NCBI GenBank assembly: GCA_965222615.1
Contig: CBDCUI010000008.1
Coordinates: 834,222-898,221 of the forward strand
Length of the DNA stretch: 64,000 nucleotides
From: Gammaproteobacteria bacterium
GTDB lineage: Bacteria > Pseudomonadota > Gammaproteobacteria > UBA4575
Reading direction: 5' to 3'
Below the pieces are notes generated by a model. The model was not told the origin of the DNA. It searched no databases and saw only the letters and a list, made by a program, of their open reading frames with translations. Below, piece by piece: positions 12,901 to 19,817 of this stretch. The position numbers were made by a program, and so were the translations under genes. The first letter of the stretch is position 1; the number at the start of each line of letters is the position of its first letter.

Positions 12901-15717
12901 AGTGCGCTGGACTTTGAGAATGATGCGTTGATGCAAATCGAAGTGACGGCGACGAGTACGGATGGTTCGAGCGGTACGCAAGTGTTCAACATCGCGATCA
13001 CGGATGACACGAGTGAATTTAGCATTGGTGCGGTGAGTGATGTGGATGCGAGTGCGAACAGTGTGAGTGAAAGTGCGAATGTGGGTGACGTGGTGGGGGT
13101 AACCGCGTTTGCCGAAGACTTGGATGGCAGTGACAGTGTGAGTTACAGCTTAGCGAGTGGCAGCTTGGATAACGATGCGTTTGCGATCGATGCGGTCACG
13201 GGTGAAGTGACGGTTGCGGATGCGAGTGCGCTGGACTTTGAGAATGATGCGTTGATGCAAATCGAAGTGACGGCGACGAGTACGGATGGTTCGAGCGGTA
13301 CGCAAGTGTTCAACATCGCGATCACGGATGACACGAGTGAATTTAGCATTGGTGCGGTGAGTGATGTGGATGCGAGTGCGAACAGTGTGAGTGAAAGTGC
13401 GAATGTGGGTGACGTGGTGGGGGTAACCGCGTTTGCCGAAGACTTGGATGGCAGTGACAGTGTGAGTTACAGCTTAGCGAGTGGCAGCTTGGATAACGAT
13501 GCGTTTGCGATCGATGCGGTCACGGGTGAAGTGACGGTTGCGGATGCGAGTGCGCTGGACTTTGAGAATGATGCGTTGATGCAAATCGAAGTGACGGCGA
13601 CGAGTACGGATGGTTCGAGCGGTACGCAAGTGTTCAACATCGCGATCACGGATGACACGAGTGAATTTAGCATTGGTGCGGTGAGTGATGTGGATGCGAG
13701 TGCGAACAGTGTGAGTGAAAGTGCGAATGTGGGTGACGTGGTGGGGGTAACCGCGTTTGCCGAAGACTTGGATGGCAGTGACAGTGTGAGTTACAGCTTA
13801 GCGAGTGGCAGCTTGGATAACGATGCGTTTGCGATCGATGCGGTCACGGGTGAAGTGACGGTTGCGGATGCGAGTGCGCTGGACTTTGAGAATGATGCGT
13901 TGATGCAAATCGAAGTGACGGCGACGAGTACGGATGGTTCGAGCAGTACGCAAGTGTTCAACATCGCGATCGAAGATGTTAATGAAGGTGCAACAGTATT
14001 GACTGCCAATGTCACCGGAAATGAAGACACAGCAATACCGCTTAATATTCAAGTAACTGATGTCGAACCGGGTGCAAATGTATCGGTGACGATAACAGGT
14101 GTCCCAAATGGTGCAGTGCTATCTGCGGGTACAGATAATGGAACTGGTAGTTGGACACTTAGTCAGTCAGATTTAACGGGCTTGACATTAACTCCTGCAG
14201 GAAATAGCGACGCTGATTTTGTGTTATCTGTGCAAACGGATGTTACAGAGAATAGTGTAACACAGTCTTATACAAATACATTTAATGTAACAGTAGATGC
14301 TGTAGCGGATGCGCCGATATTAGTGGGACCTAACACGATTACTCAATATCAAAATCCTACCTATAACTTTGAAAATGGTTTAGGAAATTGGGACATACTT
14401 GGAGATATAGTGAACCCAGGTGGGTACCAAGGACAATCTCCTACAGAAGGTTCAAAGATGGCACGAATGCGAGCTCAAGGTGCTACAGATTCTCAATTAG
14501 AAAGTGAATTAGGCATATCAAGCGGTAGTTTAGATGCAATTTCAACTGGGGATGCGCAAGATGGGTCTTCAATGCAGACCGCAATTGCTGTTAAAGAAGG
14601 TGATGTAATTACTTTTGATTGGAATTTTTATAATGCAGAAAATGCTGGTGATATCGCCAGTGGATATAATGATTTTGCAATTGCAAGCATCAATGGAACT
14701 CCTCAGGTTCTTTCACAGTCGTCGGATTTTGGGAATCCGGGAGCAACTGGATGGCAAATGTTTACGTTTACAGCAATACAAGATGGTGTATTGGATCTTG
14801 GCTTTGCGGTAGTTAATACAAACGATAGTAATAAAGATTCAAGTTTGTTAGTAGACAATTTGCAAATCAATGGAAATATAATTGATACTCGTCCGGTAGA
14901 TTTAAACTTGACCATTGCATTAAGCGATGCAGATGGTTCTGAGTCGCTAGCAATTGAAGTATCTGGTGTGCCGACTGATGCAAGTCTAAGTGCAGGTACT
15001 GATTTAGGCGGTGGAATTTGGTCTATAGATCCTGCTGATGTTGATGGCTTACAGTTAATTCCTTCTGCAACTACATCAGGAACTGTTTCGCTTACGATAT
15101 CTGCGACATCAACCGAGGCTAATGGTGGTGATTCTAGTACCGTGTCACAAACTATCGATGTGGAATTTGAAACTCTCGACGGGCCCATCTTTGGAACACT
15201 AGGGACAGATAATATTACCGGTACAGCGAATGATGATGTGATCGTTGCACGCGCTGGAAATGACACAGTCTCTGGTGGGGCTGGTGATGATTTAATTATG
15301 GGCGGCGATGGTAACGACACACTTAACGGTGATGCTGGCGATGACCAACTCTATGGTGGTGCTGGTAATGATTCCTTAAACGGTGGTGCAGGGAATGATG
15401 TCATGATTGGCGGTGCCGGAAATGATGTCGCTGTAGGTGGTGCAGGTGATGATGTATATATTTTTGAAGCGCTGGGCGATAGTGACTCATTTAGTGGCGG
15501 GAATGGTGGTGGTTGGACTGATGCGATTAGTCTTGATGTAGATATCTCATCATTACCTGATCCATCGGATCCATGGACGATTACTGTAAGCGGCAGTGAG
15601 GTTAGCTATGACGTTGCACTTGGATATTTAGACCTTGGTGCGGATGCTTCTGGTTCGATTACCTTTGATGATGGTAGTGAAATCAATTTCGATGGAATCG
15701 AACAAATTAATTGGTAA
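9910..15717 (+). CDS. giant T1SS-secreted cadherin-like RTX adhesin (1936 aa from Met 9910; ORF opens at 9844)
   Basis: N-terminal region, then 11 x 108-aa cadherin-like repeats (FAIDAVTGEVTV...FNIAITDD), two Ig-like 'GSESL...NSDADF' modules, a beta-sandwich domain, GGxGxDxxx nonapeptide repeats (15180-15480), and C-terminal ...DGSEINFDGIEQINW secretion signal. Confidence 0.9.
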   Translation: MAIFDAFKQWTEKVLDKVQSNDEKILEELYQDQINSDFPREELFKQNIFMGDTTRAERVGEEVASEETSASVDEGIKPREIQSNTFNNSEAGHDNVPEFSELNRTTNSNNNFESSNNIQSFSNNGFVSPSDLNSDTQLNPVSALLNEYDSPFTTDGISQGIEPNPGGNAPSNSNISPVVDANVSDNIVSESAPVGAVIGVTAFAFDSDGSDSVSYSLASGSLDNDAFAIDAVTGEVTVADASALDFENDALMQIEVTATSTDGSSGTQVFNIAITDDTSEFSIGAVSDVDASANSVSESANVGDVVGVTAFAEDLDGSDSVSYSLASGSLDNDAFAIDAVTGEVTVADASALDFENDALMQIEVTATSTDGSSGTQVFNIAITDDTSEFSIGAVSDVDASANSVSESANVGDVVGVTAFAEDLDGSDSVSYSLASGSLDNDAFAIDAVTGEVTVADASALDFENDALMQIEVTATSTDGSSGTQVFNIAITDDTSEFSIGAVSDVDASANSVSESANVGDVVGVTAFAEDLDGSDSVSYSLASGSLDNDAFAIDAVTGEVTVADASALDFENDALMQIEVTATSTDGSSGTQVFNIAITDDTSEFSIGAVSDVDASANSVSESANVGDVVGVTAFAEDLDGSDSVSYSLASGSLDNDAFAIDAVTGEVTVADASALDFENDALMQIEVTATSTDGSSSTQVFNIAITDDTSEFSIGAVSDVDASANSVSESANVGDVVGVTAFAEDLDGSDSVSYSLASGSLDNDAFAIDAVTGEVTVADASALDFENDALMQIEVTATSTDGSSGTQVFNIAITDDTSEFSIGAVSDVDASANSVSESANVGDVVGVTAFAEDLDGSDSVSYSLASGSLDNDAFAIDAVTGEVTVADASALDFENDALMQIEVTATSTDGSSGTQVFNIAITDDTSEFSIGAVSDVDASANSVSESANVGDVVGVTAFAEDLDGSDSVSYSLASGSLDNDAFAIDAVTGEVTVADASALDFENDALMQIEVTATSTDGSSGTQVFNIAITDDTSEFSIGAVSDVDASANSVSESANVGDVVGVTAFAEDLDGSDSVSYSLASGSLDNDAFAIDAVTGEVTVADASALDFENDALMQIEVTATSTDGSSGTQVFNIAITDDTSEFSIGAVSDVDASANSVSESANVGDVVGVTAFAEDLDGSDSVSYSLASGSLDNDAFAIDAVTGEVTVADASALDFENDALMQIEVTATSTDGSSGTQVFNIAITDDTSEFSIGAVSDVDASANSVSESANVGDVVGVTAFAEDLDGSDSVSYSLASGSLDNDAFAIDAVTGEVTVADASALDFENDALMQIEVTATSTDGSSSTQVFNIAIEDVNEGATVLTANVTGNEDTAIPLNIQVTDVEPGANVSVTITGVPNGAVLSAGTDNGTGSWTLSQSDLTGLTLTPAGNSDADFVLSVQTDVTENSVTQSYTNTFNVTVDAVADAPILVGPNTITQYQNPTYNFENGLGNWDILGDIVNPGGYQGQSPTEGSKMARMRAQGATDSQLESELGISSGSLDAISTGDAQDGSSMQTAIAVKEGDVITFDWNFYNAENAGDIASGYNDFAIASINGTPQVLSQSSDFGNPGATGWQMFTFTAIQDGVLDLGFAVVNTNDSNKDSSLLVDNLQINGNIIDTRPVDLNLTIALSDADGSESLAIEVSGVPTDASLSAGTDLGGGIWSIDPADVDGLQLIPSATTSGTVSLTISATSTEANGGDSSTVSQTIDVEFETLDGPIFGTLGTDNITGTANDDVIVARAGNDTVSGGAGDDLIMGGDGNDTLNGDAGDDQLYGGAGNDSLNGGAGNDVMIGGAGNDVAVGGAGDDVYIFEALGDSDSFSGGNGGGWTDAISLDVDISSLPDPSDPWTITVSGSEVSYDVALGYLDLGADASGSITFDDGSEINFDGIEQINW
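10447..14010 (+). repeat. in-frame tandem array, 324-bp unit x 11 (first and last units diverged at outer ends); internal units identical except one G/A (SSGTQ/SSSTQ) in units 5 and 11
   Basis: Perfect periodicity of the antisense pseudo-ORFs every 324 nt (10551, 10875 ... 13791); direct reading of lines 10531-13970. Confidence 0.95.
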
Positions 15718-15747
15718 AAATATTTTCTGATTGTTTTCCCACGTTCA

Positions 15748-15788
15748 ATGTGATTGGTATCTCAAAAAGTTTGAGATACCAATCACAT
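15748..15788. terminator. perfect 19-bp palindromic stem with 3-nt loop, 30 nt downstream of the giant adhesin stop; putative intrinsic terminator / RNA stability element
   Basis: atgtgattggtatctcaaa-aag-tttgagataccaatcacat; not followed by a clean T-run. Confidence 0.45.
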
Positions 15789-15896
15789 GTATGATCATTA
15801 ATACTAATTTTATCCTTTTGCTGCATAAAGGTTTTCCCCCATATGCCGTTACCGTTTATGGGTAACTGTAAATGGACTTTTTAAAGGATTATCCCA

Positions 15897-18800
15897 ATGG
15901 CTATTAATGATAAGGACGTCAATATTAAAAATGTTGTGATGAATGAGGATTCATCGGCTTTTGATGCAAGGAAAAAGGAAATACCTGAAGCCGAAGATCA
16001 ATCTTCAAATTTTCCAAAGGAAGAATTATTTAAACAAAATATCCAAATGGGTGATACAGATCGCCTCATTGATGAAGACCTTTCTTTGCAAAGTGAGTCT
16101 AGAACTAATCAGGTTGATCAAACTGCGAAAGACTCTGGCCCTAATCTAGTTGAGCAAGGACAAGCAGAAAATAATTATGCGAATATTGCCGATAGTGATG
16201 TAGTAAATTTAAGTAATTCAGTTTCAAGTGGTGGCGATAGCAACTATAGCAATCCTTCATCTGTTATCAAACCGGCGTCTTTACAAAATAGTCAAGCATC
16301 TCAAGTAGAAAAAACTAATGAAGATCAAGCACAATCATCGAACCAAGCGGTATTTGAAAGTCCTTCGCATGGTTCGCCAGACCTTGGTTCTGGCATTAAT
16401 GCTGGGCAATCAGAGTCTGTAGATAATCAAGCAAGTGCACCTGAGTTAATAGTAAGTAATGCAACGGGTGATGAAGATAGTGCAATCGCACTGGATATCA
16501 ATGCAGCGCTTACCGATACAGACGGCTCAGAAAGCTTAGTCGTTGAAGTGCAAGATATTCCAAATGGAGCAGTACTGTCTGATGGGGTAAATAGTTTTAC
16601 AGCGACCTCGTCGGAAACCACTGCTGACATAACTGGATGGAACTTTGATTCACTTACAATAACACCTGCCGAAAATAGCGATGCAGATTTTGATCTCGCC
16701 GTACAAGCTACTTCTACAGAACATTCCAATAACGATGTTTCTACAAGTAATGCCACATTGAGTGTCAATGTTAATTCGATTAACGATGCTCCAGATTCGG
16801 TTAGTCTTGATGGTAATGCTGTGGTTGAAAATGGTTCAGGAATTGTTATTGGCACCTTATCAACAAGTGATGTTGATGCAGGGGATGTGCATAGCTATAG
16901 CGTTTCAGATTCACGATTTGAAGTGATTGATGGAAAGCTTCAACTCAAAGCAGGAATATCACTAGATTACGAAAAAGAGCAAGCTATTGAACTCGATATT
17001 ACTTCTACTGATTCACATGGTGCTTCATTTACACAAACATTTTCTATTGATGTAAAAGATGCTGTTGAACAAATCGTGGGTACTAACAATGCCGATTATT
17101 TAAAAGGTGGAATAGGTAGTGACGATATTATTGCTTTGGATGGTAACGATGTTGTTGTTGCTGGGGATGGTAATGATAGGGTTGATGGTGGTGCCGGAAA
17201 CGATCGCCTATATGGTCAAGCCGGTGACGATAACCTCATCGGTGGAGATGGAAATGATAGTTTATATGGCCAAGCTGGCGATGATCAGTTATCCGGTGGT
17301 GCTGGTAATGATGTGTTAAATGGCGGTGCGGGTGAAAACGTATTAGACGGTGGTGACGGTGCAGATCGTTTGTATGGACATCAAGGTGGCACCGATGAGA
17401 TTAAAGGAGGTGCGGGCGATGATTACATTTATATGGATGGTAATGACCGCGTCGATGGTGGTGATGGTTTTGATCGGGTGTATACATATGGTGAAGAAGA
17501 TGTATCGATAGATATGGGTGAAGCGAATGTGGAGCAAGTGATTGCTTATAGCGATGCGGATCACAATATTGATGCGAGTAGTGCGGATCAGGGTGTGTAT
17601 GCACGTGGACGTGGGGGCGATGATGAGATCAAAGGTTCGGATCATGCCGATCGTTTGTTTGGTGGGGAGGGTGAGAACGTATTAGACGGTGGTGACGGTG
17701 CAGATCGTTTGTATGGACATCAAGGTGGCACCGATGAGATTAAAGGAGGTGCGGGCGATGATTACATTTATATGGATGGTAATGACCGCGTCGATGGTGG
17801 TGATGGTTTTGATCGGGTGTATACATATGGTGAAGAAGATGTATCGATAGATATGGGTGAAGCGAATGTGGAGCAAGTGATTGCTTATAGCGATGCGGAT
17901 CACAATATTGATGCGAGTAGTGCGGATCAGGGTGTGTATGCACGTGGACGTGGGGGCGATGATGAGATCAAAGGTTCGGATCATGCCGATCGTTTGTTTG
18001 GTGGGGAGGGTGAGAACGTATTAGACGGTGGTGACGGTGCAGATCGTTTGTATGGACATCAAGGTGGCACCGATGAGATTAAAGGAGGTGCGGGCGATGA
18101 TTACATTTATATGGATGGTAATGACCGCGTCGATGGTGGTGATGGTTTTGATCGGGTGTATACATATGGTGAAGAAGATGTATCGATAGATATGGGTGAA
18201 GCGAATGTGGAGCAAGTGATTGCTTATAGCGATGCGGATCACAATATTGATGCGAGTAGTGCGGATCAGGGTGTGTATGCACGTGGACGTGGGGGCGATG
18301 ATGAGATCAAAGGTTCGGATCATGCCGATCGTTTGTTTGGTGGGGAGGGTGAGAACGTATTAGACGGTGGTGACGGTGCAGATCGTTTGTATGGACATCA
18401 AGGTGGCACCGATGAGATTAAAGGAGGTGCGGGCGATGATTACATTTATATGGATGGTAATGACCGCGTCGATGGTGGTGATGGTTTTGATCGGGTGTAT
18501 ACATATGGTGAAGAAGATGTATCGATAGATATGGGTGAAGCGAATGTGGAGCAAGTGATTGCTTATAGCGATGCGGATCACAATATTGATGCGAGTAGTG
18601 CGGATCAGGGTGTGTATGCACGTGGACGTGGGGGCGATGATGAGATCAAAGGTTCGGATCATGCCGATCGTTTGTTTGGTGGGGAGGGTGAGAACGTATT
18701 AGACGGTGGTGACGGTGCAGATCGTTTGTATGGACATCAAGGTGGCACCGATGAGATTAAAGGAGGTGCGGGCGATGATTACATTTATATGGATGGTAAT

Positions 18801-19406
18801 GACCGCGTCGATGGTGGTGATGGTTTTGATCGGGTGTATACATATGGTGAAGAAGATGTATCGATAGATATGGGTGAAGCGAATGTGGAGCAAGTGATTG
18901 CTTATAGCGATGCGGATCACAATATTGATGCGAGTAGTGCGGATCAGGGTGTGTATGCACGTGGACGTGGGGGCGATGATGAGATCAAAGGTTCGGATCA
19001 TGCCGATCGTTTGTTTGGTGGGGAGGGTGACGACCAGTTAGTCGGAGGTGGTGGTAATGATCGTCTCTATGGTCAAGATGACGATGACATTTTTGTTGTA
19101 GGGGATGGTAGTGATGTTGTGTATGGTGGTGACGGTAGTGATTTATTTATTTTGGACGCGTTGGATGGTAACGACACATTCCACGGCGGCAATGGCAATG
19201 GTTGGTCAGATATTATCGATATTAATGTTTCACCATCCGATACCGGTGATAGTGATAACCCTTGGTCCATTGAAGTAAATGGTGAGCAGGTGCAATTTGA
19301 CTTGGCTGACGGGGGAATCGATGTTGGTCCGGATGCAACCGGCGTGATTTCTTTTGCGGATGGTAGCGAAGTTGCTTTTGATGGGGTGGAGCAGATTCAG
19401 TGGTAG
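15897..19406 (+). CDS. large T1SS-secreted RTX-repeat protein (1169 aa) with cadherin-like domain and 5 identical 113-aa RTX blocks
   Basis: N-terminal motif shared with upstream giant protein; Ig-like GSESL...NSDADF module; cadherin-like domain (16790-17060); GGxGxD repeats; C-terminal ...DGSEVAFDGVEQIQW homologous to upstream protein. Confidence 0.9.
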   Translation: MAINDKDVNIKNVVMNEDSSAFDARKKEIPEAEDQSSNFPKEELFKQNIQMGDTDRLIDEDLSLQSESRTNQVDQTAKDSGPNLVEQGQAENNYANIADSDVVNLSNSVSSGGDSNYSNPSSVIKPASLQNSQASQVEKTNEDQAQSSNQAVFESPSHGSPDLGSGINAGQSESVDNQASAPELIVSNATGDEDSAIALDINAALTDTDGSESLVVEVQDIPNGAVLSDGVNSFTATSSETTADITGWNFDSLTITPAENSDADFDLAVQATSTEHSNNDVSTSNATLSVNVNSINDAPDSVSLDGNAVVENGSGIVIGTLSTSDVDAGDVHSYSVSDSRFEVIDGKLQLKAGISLDYEKEQAIELDITSTDSHGASFTQTFSIDVKDAVEQIVGTNNADYLKGGIGSDDIIALDGNDVVVAGDGNDRVDGGAGNDRLYGQAGDDNLIGGDGNDSLYGQAGDDQLSGGAGNDVLNGGAGENVLDGGDGADRLYGHQGGTDEIKGGAGDDYIYMDGNDRVDGGDGFDRVYTYGEEDVSIDMGEANVEQVIAYSDADHNIDASSADQGVYARGRGGDDEIKGSDHADRLFGGEGENVLDGGDGADRLYGHQGGTDEIKGGAGDDYIYMDGNDRVDGGDGFDRVYTYGEEDVSIDMGEANVEQVIAYSDADHNIDASSADQGVYARGRGGDDEIKGSDHADRLFGGEGENVLDGGDGADRLYGHQGGTDEIKGGAGDDYIYMDGNDRVDGGDGFDRVYTYGEEDVSIDMGEANVEQVIAYSDADHNIDASSADQGVYARGRGGDDEIKGSDHADRLFGGEGENVLDGGDGADRLYGHQGGTDEIKGGAGDDYIYMDGNDRVDGGDGFDRVYTYGEEDVSIDMGEANVEQVIAYSDADHNIDASSADQGVYARGRGGDDEIKGSDHADRLFGGEGENVLDGGDGADRLYGHQGGTDEIKGGAGDDYIYMDGNDRVDGGDGFDRVYTYGEEDVSIDMGEANVEQVIAYSDADHNIDASSADQGVYARGRGGDDEIKGSDHADRLFGGEGDDQLVGGGGNDRLYGQDDDDIFVVGDGSDVVYGGDGSDLFILDALDGNDTFHGGNGNGWSDIIDINVSPSDTGDSDNPWSIEVNGEQVQFDLADGGIDVGPDATGVISFADGSEVAFDGVEQIQW
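17331..19025 (+). repeat. in-frame tandem array, 339-bp unit x 5, copies identical at nucleotide level (first codon 3 gaa vs gag)
   Basis: Unit GENVLDGGDGADRLYGHQGGTDEIKGG...GSDHADRLFGGE repeats at 17331, 17670, 18009, 18348, 18687; antisense pseudo-ORFs recur every 339 nt. Confidence 0.95.
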
Positions 19407-19420
19407 TCACAAATAATCTA

Positions 19421-19622
19421 AGGAAACTCTGATTTATTAATGAAATGGCTGAGATGAGGCAAAAAGATTTTGAGACAAATCTGCCGGGAGCAGATTTGGA
19501 AAGCTTTGCTAGCCGTAGGCCGAGCACCAGGAAGGTGCGAGTCAATACGGAGTGTATATAGAAATACATGAGTATTTTGAGAAATCTTTTTAACAAAATA
19601 TCAGAATAAATCAGAGCTTCCT
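19421..19622. repeat. 18-20 nt inverted repeats (19421-19438 / 19605-19622, 1 mismatch) flanking a ~165-bp GC-richer structured core; MITE-like element or structured ncRNA/UTR
   Basis: aggaaactctgatttatt vs aataaatcagagcttcct; inside is a perfect 9-bp hairpin caaatctgc-cggga-gcagatttg (about 19476-19498). Confidence 0.35.
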
Positions 19623-19817
19623 TAAGTATTTACTAGTCAATGCGTTTTGTCATCAATATTGATGATCTTATCCCATGCTACTAAGCAAGGTTCTGATTTC
19701 TAAAGGGTTTAGCTCTTAAGCCGATACAAGCAATACAGGCTTTGGTATTCCCGCCAGTAGTTTACTGGTGGGGGTGATATTTATTGGTTAATCAAGAACG
19801 AGGAAGGACTTTATTAA

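Noticed and set aside
10447-14010. Possibility that the perfect direct repeats are a CRISPR array
   Set aside because: Units are 324 bp with no spacer/repeat alternation and are in-frame coding sequence of a 1936-aa protein. No cas genes are present.
10551-14052. Eleven identical 68-79 aa minus-strand ORFs (MLNSLVSSVIAMLNTCVPLEP...) recurring every 324 nt
   Set aside because: Antisense open frames generated by the C-poor, G-rich coding strand of the tandem repeats. They are fully contained in the sense giant ORF and have no independent start context.
14703-15320. 205-aa minus-strand ORF inside the giant adhesin gene
   Set aside because: Lies entirely antisense to the RTX/Ig-like coding region. 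Its Pro/Ser-rich low-complexity translation is typical of reverse-strand reading of G-rich codons. No RBS.
16427-16855. 142-aa minus-strand ORF inside the second RTX gene
   Set aside because: Antisense to a clearly coding region with domain homology; Ala/Ser/Thr low-complexity translation.
17343-19001. Repeated minus-strand ORFs of 100 aa (MIRTFDLIIAPTST...) and His-rich 67 aa (MHTHPDPHYSHQY...) every 339 nt
   Set aside because: Antisense artefacts of the 339-bp RTX repeat array. Their periodicity simply mirrors the sense repeats.
19222-19596. 124-aa minus-strand ORF spanning the 3' end of the RTX gene and the IR-flanked element
   Set aside because: Overlaps the conserved C-terminal secretion signal of the sense gene and crosses a structured non-coding element. 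No homology; likely spurious.
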